Positions 38,011 to 48,900 of a stretch of DNA of 64,000 nucleotides are shown here, piece by piece. The notes under the pieces were generated by a model. It was not told where the DNA came from. It saw only the letters and a program-made list of their open reading frames with translations, and searched no databases. The stretch lies in the NCBI GenBank assembly GCA_043821645.1, contig JBDRCO010000087.1:96001-160000 (forward strand), written 5' to 3'. Origin of the DNA: Pseudomonadota bacterium. GTDB lineage: Bacteria; Myxococcota; JACRCW01; JAFGSX01. Position 1 is the first letter of the stretch, and each line of letters begins with the position of its first letter. A program made the translations under genes and the position numbers.

Positions 38011-39960
38011 CTACTTGGTGGGTTTCCTGGCCAGGATCGCCTCCATCTCGGCCAGGGTGCGATCCAGGAGCGCAGCCGCGGCGTTGACGGCGTCCGGTTT
38101 GGTGAGATCGACGCCGGCACCCTTGAGCAACTCGAGGGGAGGCTTCGAGTTGCCGCCGCGCAACATGTTCAGGTACGCCTCGCGTTCCTTGTCTCCGCCC
38201 TTCTGGATGCGCTCGGCGATGGCGATGCCCGACGACAGACCGGTGGCATACGAGAACATGTAGTACTTGTAGTAGAAGTGCGGGATGTACGCCCACTCGA
38301 CACCGTCGTTGGCTCCGAGGGTGAAGTCAGGACCGTAGTACTGGCGGATCAGCTTCTCGTAGGTGGCGTTGAACCAGTCGGCGGTGAGCGGGGTACCGGC
38401 TTCCGCGGCGGTGTGCGCGAGCCATTCGAACTCGGCGAAAAGCGTCTGGCGGTAGATCGTGGTGCGGATGGTCTCGACCAGCTCGTTGAGCAGGTACATC
38501 CGCTCGTCGTCCGTCTTGGCCTGCTGGTACAGGAAATCGTGCAGCAGCTTCTCGTTGCAGGTACTGGCAATCTCCGCGACGAAGGGGGCGTAGCTGGCCG
38601 TGACGTAGGGTTGCGTGGACATGGAAAGGTCGCTGTGCAAGGCGTGCCCGTACTCGTGGGCCAGGGTCGACAGGTCATCGTGCTCGTCGAAGTAGTTCAT
38701 CTTCACATAGGGATGCACCCCGAACACGCTCGAGGAGAAGGCCCCGGAGTCCTTGTCCTTGTGGGGATACACGTCGATCCAACCCTGCGCCGGATCCAGG
38801 CCCTTGCGCAGCACCTCGACGTAGGTGGTTCCCAGGGGCGCCAGGGCCTGCGGCAAGACCTGCTGCGCCACGTCGTAGGGGAAGCTCATCTTCACGCTCT
38901 TCACCATGGGCGTGTACAGATCGTAGATGTGCAGCTCGTCGACCTTCATGATGCGCTTGCGCAGCTTCACGTAGCGGTGCAGCGGCGCCAGGTTCTGATG
39001 AATGGCGTCGATCAAGTTGGTGTAGACCCTGGGATCGATGTTGTCCTTGTCGAGATACGCCGCGAGAGCGGTGTCATAGCCGCGGGACCGCGCGTAAAAG
39101 ATGTTCTGGCGAAACTGTCCGCTCAGGGTCGAGGCCAGGGCGTGCCGGTATTGCATGAGCGAGCCAAAGAAGGACTCGACCGTGTCCTTGCGCACGCGCC
39201 GGTCCGACGATGCCCTGTACTTGCCATAGCTGGAGAAGGTGAGCTGCACCGGCTTCCCCTTCTCGTCCTTGATGGTGGGCAGGGGGAGGTCCGTGAGCAG
39301 GGCACCGAAGGTCTTCTCGAGGTCCGAGGGCAGTTCGTTGAGGTCGATCTCGGCCCACAGGTTGTCGCCCGCCAGGGATAGCACGCGCTCGGCCTCGGCG
39401 TTGAGCACGCGGCTCCGTCGGCGGCGCAGTTCGTCGATGTAGGGCTTGCTGTCCTTGAGCTTGGGCTCCTTCTTGTAAGCGGCCTGCAGGGCCTTCTCGT
39501 CGAGCGCCAGCAGCTCTTGCCGGATGAACGAGGCCTGGCTCATCAGCCCATTCATGGCGTCCAGGGCACGGTCGTTGTTGGCCTGCAGCTCCGTCGAGGA
39601 CTGGGCGCTGTCGAGGCGCATGTTTGCGTACAGCGTCGCCTTGTTGGTCAGCAGCCGGGTTTCGAAGTACAGCGCCAGGCACTCGCGCAGCTTGCGCGGA
39701 CTCTTGAGAGTCCCCTTGAAGGCCGCCAGCGCCTTGCGCTTGTGTTCCAGCGACGCCAGGGCCTGGGTCAGATCGGCGTCGCTCTCGAACAGGGGCGCGA
39801 GTTGCCACTTGTAGAGGTCTGGGATGCTGCTGCGCGGCGCATTGGCGTCAGGCGTCACGCGCACCGGAGCCGCGGCATGGATTGCCGTTCGCACGGGAAG
39901 CAGGACGAGACCGCAGGTGGCGGCGGCCAGACTCAGCAGCACGAGAGGGCGTGGGGTCAT
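38011..39960 (-). CDS. pepF: Oligoendopeptidase F (M3B) with signal peptide
   Basis: WIDVYP, SGAFS, TLAHEYGHALHS, AEIAST, YRQTLFAEFE, WAYIPHFY; AAGGAG RBS. Confidence 0.93.
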   Translation of the reverse strand: MTPRPLVLLSLAAATCGLVLLPVRTAIHAAAPVRVTPDANAPRSSIPDLYKWQLAPLFESDADLTQALASLEHKRKALAAFKGTLKSPRKLRECLALYFETRLLTNKATLYANMRLDSAQSSTELQANNDRALDAMNGLMSQASFIRQELLALDEKALQAAYKKEPKLKDSKPYIDELRRRRSRVLNAEAERVLSLAGDNLWAEIDLNELPSDLEKTFGALLTDLPLPTIKDEKGKPVQLTFSSYGKYRASSDRRVRKDTVESFFGSLMQYRHALASTLSGQFRQNIFYARSRGYDTALAAYLDKDNIDPRVYTNLIDAIHQNLAPLHRYVKLRKRIMKVDELHIYDLYTPMVKSVKMSFPYDVAQQVLPQALAPLGTTYVEVLRKGLDPAQGWIDVYPHKDKDSGAFSSSVFGVHPYVKMNYFDEHDDLSTLAHEYGHALHSDLSMSTQPYVTASYAPFVAEIASTCNEKLLHDFLYQQAKTDDERMYLLNELVETIRTTIYRQTLFAEFEWLAHTAAEAGTPLTADWFNATYEKLIRQYYGPDFTLGANDGVEWAYIPHFYYKYYMFSYATGLSSGIAIAERIQKGGDKEREAYLNMLRGGNSKPPLELLKGAGVDLTKPDAVNAAAALLDRTLAEMEAILARKPTK

Positions 39961-40142
39961 GGTGGGCTCCTTGGGCCGAAGCGGGATCCTGGACGATGTC
40001 GTGGAGCTGTAGCGCTTTGACGCGCTTGGCTCAAGCCCCGCATCTGTCGTGCGCAGACCCGGGTGGGGTGCCGTCACCCTTGCGCGCTCCCCGGCCGAGG
40101 CTGTTAGCATCGGGCCCATCCAACACCTTTTGCGAGGTTCGC

Positions 40143-41147
40143 ATGATCAGACCCTACCGACCCTCGGGCAAGAGTGAGCCCGGCTCGATGTTCAAGTTGC
40201 TCGTCGTCTCCTCGGTGGCCGGCGTCATGGCCGGAGCCGTCGAGGGGGTGATCATGCACCTGGGCTTCAACCTGTTCATCGTGTTCCCGGCTGCCATCGG
40301 GCTCGCGGCCGGGGCCGTGGGGTCGCGCATCATCCGCACCGGCAAGATCCGGGCCCCCGGACAGGCCGCGCTGGTGGTGGGTCTGGCCGCGTTGCTGGGG
40401 CAGGGGGTCACCCACGTCGCGTCCTACATGATGTGGAGAGGCGAGGCGCGCGCAGAGGTCACAACCATGCGCGACCGGTCTCTCGCCGACCCCGGACTGA
40501 GTGCAGAGGACCGTGCGGAGATCGAGGGCACGACAGCGGATGCTCAGGTGGATCAGTTCCTGGCGAGTGAGGTGGGCTCCACGGGCTTTTTCGGCTACCT
40601 GCGCTTCGCGGCTCAGGTTGGCGTCACCATAGGCCGCGTGGGCGAGAGCGAGGACAAGAAACCGACCCTCACCGGCGCCGGCACCTACGCGGTGTGGGGC
40701 GTGGAATTTGCCATCGCCCTGCTGGTGGGTCTGGCGATGGCCTACGGGAAGGCGCGCGAGCCCTTCTGTGAGACCTGCAAGGCGTGGTTTGATCAGACCC
40801 TCGTGCTGGCGGTGGGAGACGGCAAGAAGGCACAGCTCAAGCAGCAACAGCAGGCGCTCGAGTCCGAGCAATTCGACACGCTGCTGACCGATGCGGTCCT
40901 GGGACAGCCCGGCGCCGGCCTGAGTTCGGTGCTGGTGCTCGACCGCTGCCGCACCTGCGAGGAGCACGAACCGGTGCTCACCCTCAAGATGGTGCGCGAG
41001 ACCAAGGGCAAGGTGCAATCGACGGACAAGATCAAGACCGTGCTCCGTGCCGATGACGCGCGCCGCCTGGTGGCCCTGGCCGAGAAGCGCATGCAGACCG
41101 CGGTTGCTGCAGAGGCGCCGGCCGAAAGCTCCGAACCGGTCGCGTGA
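40143..41147 (+). CDS. Hypothetical multi-TM protein with C-terminal CxxC...CxxC domain
   Basis: Four hydrophobic segments; PFCETC and RCRTC; GAGG RBS. Confidence 0.7.
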   Translation: MIRPYRPSGKSEPGSMFKLLVVSSVAGVMAGAVEGVIMHLGFNLFIVFPAAIGLAAGAVGSRIIRTGKIRAPGQAALVVGLAALLGQGVTHVASYMMWRGEARAEVTTMRDRSLADPGLSAEDRAEIEGTTADAQVDQFLASEVGSTGFFGYLRFAAQVGVTIGRVGESEDKKPTLTGAGTYAVWGVEFAIALLVGLAMAYGKAREPFCETCKAWFDQTLVLAVGDGKKAQLKQQQQALESEQFDTLLTDAVLGQPGAGLSSVLVLDRCRTCEEHEPVLTLKMVRETKGKVQSTDKIKTVLRADDARRLVALAEKRMQTAVAAEAPAESSEPVA

Positions 41148-41293
41148 ACAAGTCTTCGCGTGTCCACAGATTCACAACACTTCTTGCATAGCGTGTGATC
41201 TCTCGACTCCGCGACGTGGCCGGTGGGGCGGCCTGGCGCGTGTCTCCGCTCGCCACCCCGGGCATCGTCCGGTCTGGCTCCACGGGAGAAGGT

Positions 41294-42439
41294 GTGAATC
41301 GGTATCCCATCCTGCTGCCCTGGCACGCGAAACGCCGGCTCGGGAAAGTCGCCATGCTCTGGCTTCTCCTGGGATTCGCGATGGCGTGCGACCCACCGAC
41401 GGCGCCCGCCGTCGAGGAGCCCACGCGTCCGGTGCGGGTCGAGCTGGTCAAGTCCGAACTGCGTCCAGTGCGCCTGCGCTACATCGGTGCCACCGGCTCG
41501 CAATCCATCAAGAAGTACAGCTTCAAGGTGGCCGGACGCGTGCAAGCGGTCTTCGTCGACAAGGGACAGCCGATCCGGCGCGGCCAGCGTCTGGCCCAGC
41601 TGGACCCCCGAGACCTCCATTTTTCCCTCGAGGGTGCCCAGTTGACCCTGAACAAGGCCGAGGAGGGGCTCAAGGACGCGCGCAGCCTGCACGAAAAGAT
41701 GGAGAAGCTCTACGGGCAGCAGGCGCGGTCACAGCTTGAATACGATCGAGCCAAGCTCAACCTCGACATCAGCGAGGCCAGCTTTCGCCAGGCCCAGGTC
41801 GACGTCGAGTACAAGCAAGGTCTGCTCGGGGATACCTCCCTGCGTAGCGAGGTCGATGGCTTCGTCGTCGAGGTGCTCAACAAGCCTGGCGAGGTGGTCG
41901 GCGCGGGCTACCCGGTGGTGGTGGTTCGCAACGACGTGCAGGTGGTCCAGGTGGGCGTGGCCCAGCGCGACGTGCCCCGGCTGAAGATCGGCGGTCGGGC
42001 CCTGATCGACGTGGACGGCGTGACGATCGACGGGCGCATCAGCCAGATCGCGCAGATTCCGGACCCTCGAAGCCGGACCTACGAGGTCGAGGTGGAGATG
42101 CTGGGACCGCCGGGTGAGCGGGCGTTCTACCTCGGAGCCATCGCGCGGGTCGAGTTCGAGGTGGGCGAGGCAGAGGGCATGTGGGTCCCGATTCAATCCC
42201 TGCTCACCGACGGCGTGGATCACGTGTTCGTGGTTGAGGCCGGGCGCGCGGTTCGCCGCAACCTGGTCCTGGGCAGCATCTCCGGCACGCGGGTGCAGGT
42301 GCAGGGACTGCGCGACGGCGACCAGCTCATCGTCGAGGGTATGAAGAACCTCAAGGAGGGCTACCAGGTCGCGGTGCTGTCGGCGCCGGTTCCGGGCTCC
42401 GAGGATGCGGGCGAGAGACTGCGGTCGTCGATGCGCTGA
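41294..42439 (+). CDS. RND efflux periplasmic adaptor (MFP), probable lipoprotein
   Basis: SFKVAGRVQAVFVDKGQ...GQRLAQLD lipoyl motif, coiled coil, VQGLRDGDQLIVEG; start uncertain (41294 or 41354). Confidence 0.92.
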   Translation: MNRYPILLPWHAKRRLGKVAMLWLLLGFAMACDPPTAPAVEEPTRPVRVELVKSELRPVRLRYIGATGSQSIKKYSFKVAGRVQAVFVDKGQPIRRGQRLAQLDPRDLHFSLEGAQLTLNKAEEGLKDARSLHEKMEKLYGQQARSQLEYDRAKLNLDISEASFRQAQVDVEYKQGLLGDTSLRSEVDGFVVEVLNKPGEVVGAGYPVVVVRNDVQVVQVGVAQRDVPRLKIGGRALIDVDGVTIDGRISQIAQIPDPRSRTYEVEVEMLGPPGERAFYLGAIARVEFEVGEAEGMWVPIQSLLTDGVDHVFVVEAGRAVRRNLVLGSISGTRVQVQGLRDGDQLIVEGMKNLKEGYQVAVLSAPVPGSEDAGERLRSSMR

Positions 42440-42451
42440 GAGGTGGGAATC

Positions 42452-44455
42452 ATGCGATGCCATGTGCTGTCCGCCGTGCTGCTGCTGACCTGGGCTGGAG
42501 CAGGTTGCACGCGTTTCTACGAGGCCGAGATCGCGGGCTACATTCGCGACGGCGTGAGCAAGGAGGGGGTCAACCAGGCCATCGTGCAGGTCTTCTACGA
42601 GGACGATCAGCAGAGCTCGTACCAGCAGTCCTTCACACAGCGCTACGGGGACCAGGATGGCTACTTCGTGTTTCGTCGCGTGGTGTGGAGCACGGACACC
42701 CCCCTGTTCGGCGACGAAGGTGACCTGCACGACATCCGCATCACCGTCGAGCACGAGGACTACCAGCCCTTCGACCGGAACCTTCGCATCGTGTCCGGTG
42801 CCTCCAACTCGGTGGGTGACGTGTACCTGGATCGCGCCTTCTTCGTCGCCGGCCTGGTCGAGGGGCGGGTGCGCGACCGCGAGCCAGACGTGGATGGCGA
42901 GCAACCGGGGATCAACGGCCTGAACGTCGAGCTTTACGTCCCCGAGACGCCGCTTGCCGACGAGGCCGAGGCCCTGGCCTGGGTGGCGACGCACAATCCG
43001 GACGCCACGAACCTCACCCGGACCGTCGACGGGGACGATGGGGTGTACCAGTTTGCGGACGTGCAGTGGCTGGACCCGGGACGATTTCCCGCTGGTGACG
43101 ACGAGCGCGGCTCACCCTGGCGCGTGATCGTGCGGGTGCAGGATGCAGATTTCTTCGAGCTCGTGGGCTGGGATCGGGAGATCCGTTCCGGCGAGACCAC
43201 CAGTACTCTCGAGGACCTCTTCGTCGACAAGAAGGACTATCAGGGAAACCTCCGTGGCTGGGTCCGGGATCGCTCCAGCGGCGACGGCGTCAACAACGCC
43301 ACCATCGAGGTCTACGTGCCCGACACTACCCTGGTCACCCAGGCCGAGGTGGATGGCTACATCGACAGTCACGATCCCGATCTCACCGGGGGCTCGCGGA
43401 CCTTCGAAGAGCAGGACGGCTACTTCGAGATCGTCAACATAGGCTGGCACATCGAGCACGCGCCGACTGTCGACGACGCGCACCAGCGCAAGCCCGTGAT
43501 CCTGCGTGTCGTCGCCGGCGACTTCTCCACCCAGACGGTCTTCCGCGACACCACGCTGCCGCGATTCGTGCCGGAGCCGGAGCTGGTGTCGAACAGCACG
43601 GTACAGCAGCGCGATGTGCTGCTCACCCGCACCCATTTCGTGGCCAGTGCCGAGGGCTACGTCCGCAGCACCGCGGGGGCGTCGAACACCGGCATCAACG
43701 GGGTGCGCGTCTCGCTGTACTACGACCCGCAGGATCCTGCGCTCGCCGCCGTCACGGCCTTCGATCCCCTGGCGGTGGAGTTCAATGATCAGCAATCCAC
43801 GGGCAACAACGTGGTGGCCGACGAGGCATATCCTGGTTTCTTCAGGTTCACCAACATCGCCTGGGACAACGCGAACGGTGGTCGCCTGGCCGGCGGCAAG
43901 GATGCCCTCACCGTCATCCTGTACTCCAAGGATCTGGACTTCTCGGGGAACGCGAACAATACCGATCCACGCTGGCAGCGCTTCGAGCTGATCTCGGGGA
44001 GCGATGGCAATGTGTTGCCAGATCTCCTGCACCGGGACGACGCCACGGGCTTCACGGCGGCGTGCGAGGGCTACGTCCGGATGACCCCGGACGACGCGTC
44101 CAGCGGTCGCAACGGCGTGCAGATCTCGCTGTACTACGACCCGCAGGACCCGATGCTGCAGCAGCTGGCGAGCTTCGATCCGACGACGGCGCGCTTCAGT
44201 GATGTGGTGTCCACCGGCAACCAGGTGGTCGGTGATCTTGTCTACGCCGGCGCCTTTCGCTTTTCTGGCCTCGAGTGGAGCAATCCGGCGGGACCGAGCC
44301 TGGCCAGCGGAAAAGATCAACTCGCCGTGATCTTGTTCTCCGAGCACGTGGATTTCTCGAGCCACAGCGGGAACAGTGATCCGCGCTGGCAGCGCTTCGT
44401 CCTCGTCTCTGGTGACGACGGCAATGTGTTACCGGATCTGCAACACCAGCCCTGA
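42452..44455 (+). CDS. Lipoprotein with five CnaB/carboxypeptidase-regulatory-like beta-sandwich repeats
   Basis: Lipobox AGAGC; five repeats of GxVR...G(V/I)N...(V/L)Y...G(Y/F)F...W. Confidence 0.75.
   Translation: MRCHVLSAVLLLTWAGAGCTRFYEAEIAGYIRDGVSKEGVNQAIVQVFYEDDQQSSYQQSFTQRYGDQDGYFVFRRVVWSTDTPLFGDEGDLHDIRITVEHEDYQPFDRNLRIVSGASNSVGDVYLDRAFFVAGLVEGRVRDREPDVDGEQPGINGLNVELYVPETPLADEAEALAWVATHNPDATNLTRTVDGDDGVYQFADVQWLDPGRFPAGDDERGSPWRVIVRVQDADFFELVGWDREIRSGETTSTLEDLFVDKKDYQGNLRGWVRDRSSGDGVNNATIEVYVPDTTLVTQAEVDGYIDSHDPDLTGGSRTFEEQDGYFEIVNIGWHIEHAPTVDDAHQRKPVILRVVAGDFSTQTVFRDTTLPRFVPEPELVSNSTVQQRDVLLTRTHFVASAEGYVRSTAGASNTGINGVRVSLYYDPQDPALAAVTAFDPLAVEFNDQQSTGNNVVADEAYPGFFRFTNIAWDNANGGRLAGGKDALTVILYSKDLDFSGNANNTDPRWQRFELISGSDGNVLPDLLHRDDATGFTAACEGYVRMTPDDASSGRNGVQISLYYDPQDPMLQQLASFDPTTARFSDVVSTGNQVVGDLVYAGAFRFSGLEWSNPAGPSLASGKDQLAVILFSEHVDFSSHSGNSDPRWQRFVLVSGDDGNVLPDLQHQP
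43637..44452 (+). repeat. Tandem duplication of about 138 codons (repeats 4 and 5 of the lipoprotein)
   Basis: GAGGGCTACGTCCG, TCGCTGTACTACGACCCGCAGGA and CGCTGGCAGCGCTTCG each occur twice, about 414 nt apart. Confidence 0.85.
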
Positions 44456-44471
44456 GAGGCGAGGGGAGTTC

Positions 44472-45986
44472 GTGCGCCATCACCCCAGACGCTTCATGCA
44501 GCGCACTTTGCGGCCTCCGGGTGTGGCGAGCATGGTCCTGCTCGCACTGCTGACCACCGCGTCGGATGCAAAGGCCCAGTCCGCACCCGTTGCGCCAGGA
44601 GAGGTCTCTCTCACTCCCGCGACGGTGGACTCGAAGACCTGGGACCTGGCGCGCTGTCTGCATTCGGCCCTGCAGCACAGCCCGCAGGTACAGCAACAGC
44701 GGCTGGTCGTGCGGGCCGCCGACGAGAAGCAGGGGGAGGCCCGCTCGCACCTGTTTCCACGGGTCACCTGGGAGAGCCAGGTCTATGCGCTGAGCCAGCT
44801 CTACGATCCCATCGTGGTGCGCAGCGGCGCCTACGGAGAGATGTTCGTGCCCTCGCCAGGGGGAAGTGGCTACATCACGAGTCTGCCGCCCAGAGACGTC
44901 GAATTGCTCGAGGCCGGACCCACCGAGTTTGCCAGCACACGGGTCCGCTTGCAGCAGCCGCTGTTCACCTGGGGCCGCATCCTGCTCGGCATGCAGCTGG
45001 CAGAACTTCAGCACCGCTTCGAGCAGGCCAACCTGCGGGCCACGGGCTACGAGACGGCCTACCTGGTGCGTCAGCTCTATCTGGGGCTCCTCCTGGCAGA
45101 TGCCTCGCTGGAGCTGCTATCCCAGATGCACGGCGAGATGGGGCGAATCCTCGACGACACAAGGGCCCTGGAAGCCCAGGGGCTGGTCACGCCCGCAGCG
45201 GCTCTCGAAGCAGCAGCCAACCTTCGCCAGATCGAGCAGGAGCAGGCGCGCACTGAAGCCGAGAAGGTGCGTGCGCGCGAAGCCTTGCGACTGCTGGTGG
45301 GCGCCAGTGACGACGATGCCATGGCGATAACGGGGCGCCTGGATTCGCTTGAGGCGATCACGCTCACTGACGAGAACGCCCTCATCGACAGTGCCCTGGC
45401 GGCACGTCCGGAACTCGAGAGCCGCACCTTGCAGCTTCACCTCGCCGAACGCCAGGTGGCGCTGCGCCAGGCCGAGGACCTTGGCCGCCCGACCCTGGCC
45501 CTGGCTGCCGAGACCGGACTCCGCGGCGATCGCCTGCCCCTGGTGCGCACCAACTGGACCATGGCCTGGGATCACTATTGGATGGCTGGGCTGGTGTTGC
45601 AGGTGCCCCTCTTTGACGGGTTCGAGGCCCACAGCAAGGTGAATCAGGCCCAGACCCAGCGCAGTCAGGCCGAGCTCGGGGTCGAGCAGACCCGCGGTCT
45701 GGTGAGGGCCGAGGTCCGCCAGCGACGAGCTCAGGTGGAAGCCAGGTTGCGTGAACAGGTGTACGCCAGGGCGCGCGAGGCCGAACGGGCCGAAAAGTAC
45801 CGCGTGGCCGAGCACAGCTACGCCAGCAACACGACCAACCGCTCGGAGTTCCTGGGCGCTCACCTCGAGTGGAGCGAGGCCCGCACCTCGGCCTTGCTCT
45901 CGACCTACCTGCTACACCTGGCGCAGCTCGAGCTGGATCACGCCTCCGGACGCCTGCCGCGAAGCCCCGGCGAGGTGTCGCGATGA
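44472..45986 (+). CDS. TolC family outer membrane efflux protein
   Basis: LQQPLFTWG, RPEL, VPLFDGF, helical repeats; GAGGGGAG RBS. Confidence 0.9.
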   Translation: MRHHPRRFMQRTLRPPGVASMVLLALLTTASDAKAQSAPVAPGEVSLTPATVDSKTWDLARCLHSALQHSPQVQQQRLVVRAADEKQGEARSHLFPRVTWESQVYALSQLYDPIVVRSGAYGEMFVPSPGGSGYITSLPPRDVELLEAGPTEFASTRVRLQQPLFTWGRILLGMQLAELQHRFEQANLRATGYETAYLVRQLYLGLLLADASLELLSQMHGEMGRILDDTRALEAQGLVTPAAALEAAANLRQIEQEQARTEAEKVRAREALRLLVGASDDDAMAITGRLDSLEAITLTDENALIDSALAARPELESRTLQLHLAERQVALRQAEDLGRPTLALAAETGLRGDRLPLVRTNWTMAWDHYWMAGLVLQVPLFDGFEAHSKVNQAQTQRSQAELGVEQTRGLVRAEVRQRRAQVEARLREQVYARAREAERAEKYRVAEHSYASNTTNRSEFLGAHLEWSEARTSALLSTYLLHLAQLELDHASGRLPRSPGEVSR

Positions 45987-48900
45987 GTCGCGTCATCCTC
46001 GCCGCCTTGCAGTACAGGAAGATCACCCTCCTGTTCACCGTCGCCATCGCCCTGTACGGCCTGTTCAGCTACTACGTCATGCCCAAGCAGGAGAACCCGG
46101 AGACCTCTCCGCCCGTGGCGCTGATCACCACCGTGTATCCCGGAGGCGCACCCGAGGACGTCGAACAGCTCGTCTCCAAACCCATCGAGGATGCCGTCGC
46201 GGGCATCGACAGCTTCGACCACGTGATGTCCTGGTCACGCAACAGCGTGTCCATCGTGGTCGTGTGGCTGGACGTGCGCGCGGACTCGGAAAAACCCTGG
46301 CGGCAAATGCGCGAGGCCCTCGACGATCTCGAAGCGGACCTGCCCGAGCTGTGCCAGCGACCGGAGGTCAACACCAACCTCGCCGAGACCGCGGGGATGA
46401 TCATCGCGCTCTCGGGGGCGCGCTACGACTACGACCAGCTGTCGGGCTTTGCCGAGGTGTTCGAGCGAGAGCTGGCGCGGGTGGACGGCATCGCGCGCAT
46501 CGATGTGGTGGGCGCGCTCGAAAAGCAGGTCGACGTGCGTGTCGAGACCGCGCGCATCAATGGCTATGGCCTCTCGTTCGAGGATCTGGCGACGATCCTG
46601 CGGGCCCAGAACGTCGAGATCCCCTCGGGTTCGATCGAGCGAGACGGGGTGAAGCTCGCGGTCACCACACCCGGTGTCTTCGAGTCGCTCCACGACATCG
46701 AGCAGACCATCGTCGACGTTTCGCCCCAGACCGGAGCACCCGTCCGTGTGCGCGACCTCGCCACCGTGTCCATGGGCCTCGAGGACGGCAGATACAAGAT
46801 TCGCCAGAACGGAGCGCGAGCGGTGCTGCTCGCGGGATACTTCGAGTCGGGACGCAACATCGTTCTCGTCGGCAAGGACGTCCGCGCGATCCTGGATCGC
46901 GTCAAGCAGCGCTTTCCACCCGATCTCCAGGTCGACGAGGTCGTGTTCTATCCCGAGGATGTGCAGGTCGCGGTGGCCGGATTCATGCGCAACCTGTTGC
47001 AGGGTGTGCTGCTGGTGATCGTGGTGGTGTTCCTGGGCATGGGCTTCCGCAATGCCATGGTGGTGTCCCTGGCCATTCCGCTGTCCGTGCTGGTCAGCTT
47101 CGTGGTGATGAACCTGATGGGTCTGCAGATCCACCAGATCTCGACGAGTGCGCTGATCATTGCCCTGGGCATGCTGGTCGACAACGCCATCGTCATCGCC
47201 GACTCCATCCAGGTCCGCATCGATGCAGGTGTCCCCAACGAGACGGCCGCCTTCGAGGGTGCGCGGGAATCCGCCATCCCGGTGTTCACCGCCACCCTGA
47301 CCACGGTCGCGGCCTACTCGCCGCTCATGTTCCTGCCGGGCTCCGTCGGAGACTTCATCCTGACCATCCCGCAGGTCGTCATGGTCTCGCTATCCGCGTC
47401 CTACCTGGTGGCCATGCTGGTCACGCCGACGCTGGGCGCCATGTTCTTCAGACCCACGTCAGGTGGAACGGATGACAGCAGTCGCCTGAGGCGGGGCTTC
47501 GCCTTCTTGCTGGCCTGGGGCTTGCGACACAAGGCGGGGACCCTGCTGATTGCCCTCGCTGTTTTCGGCGCGGCCCTAACCCTGCAGTCCCGTCTCGGTC
47601 TCAGCTTCTTCCCCTATTCCGACAAGAACATGGCCTATGTCAACGTCGAGGGGGAGATCGCGGATTTCGATCGCACGGAGGCCCTGGCGGCCCAGGCCGA
47701 GGCCATCCTGGCCCAAACTCCCGAGATCACGAGCATCACCACCGCGATCGGCGAGGGACTGCCCAAGTTCTTTGTCTCCATGCCCCAGCACGCCCAGGCC
47801 GAGGACTATGCCCAGATCATGTTCCGCTACGATCTCGGGCGCAGTGATCGCTTCGCCAGCAACGAGGAGCTCGTCTTTTACTTGCACCAGCAACTGGGAG
47901 CCGCGATCAGCGGTGCCACGGTCTCGGTCAAGCTGCTCGAGCTGGCCGATCCCTCGGCGGCCCCCGTGGTGGTGCGGGTCAGCGGGGACGACTACGATCG
48001 GTTGCTCGAGGTGTCGCAGCAGCTGCAGGCGCGATTGAGTGAAGTCCCGGGCGCCATCGACGTGAAAGACGATGCCCTGAGCAAGGCGCTGGAGTTCCGC
48101 GTACTGGTCGACGACGACGTGGCCACCAACCTGGGCATCACCAAGTACGACATCCAGCGCCAGATCAACATCGCGCTCTACGGCGGCAAGGCCACGGTCT
48201 TTCGCAAGGCCGGCAAGGAGTACGACATCCGGGTCAAGAGTGACATCCAGAGCCTGAGCGAGCTGGAGAACCTGGCCATCAAGTCGCGGGTCGCGGGTCA
48301 CAAGGTGCTGCTCAAGCAGATCGCGCACGTCGAGCTCGCGCCGCGGGTCGAGCTGATCACGCGCTACCAGCGCGATCGATCGATCGCGGTCACGGCATTC
48401 GTGGCGCCGGGCTTCGCCTCGCCTGCCATCGAGGGCATCATCGAGCGTGACCTGTTGCCCGGGCTCAACCTCGACGGTGTGAGCATCTCCTTCGACGGTG
48501 AGCGCGAGAAGATCAAGAAGAACTTCGGCAACGTGGGCATGTCCTCGCTGGTGGCGCTGGCCGCCGTGTACCTGATCCTGCTGCTGCAGTTCAACAGCTT
48601 CCGCCAGCCCCTGATCATCCTGGTCACGGTGCCCCTGTCTGCCATCGGCTCCATCATCGGGCTGTTCCTGGTTGGCCAGTCCATGTCCTTCACAGCCCTG
48701 CTCGGCATGGCCAGCCTCATTGGCATCGTGGTCAACAATGCCATCCTGCTCATCGACTTCATCAATCGCGCGCGCGAGCGCGGCGACCTCATCGACGCGG
48801 CCTGCGTGGACGCGGTGCAGCGCAGGCTGCGGCCCATCGGTCTGAGTACGCTCACCACCGTGGTCGGGTTGACTCCCCTCATGCTCAGCAACAATCCGCT

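Noticed and set aside
41160-41195. CACA direct repeats as an OmpR-type box for the RND operon
   Set aside because: Too short and degenerate to support by eye
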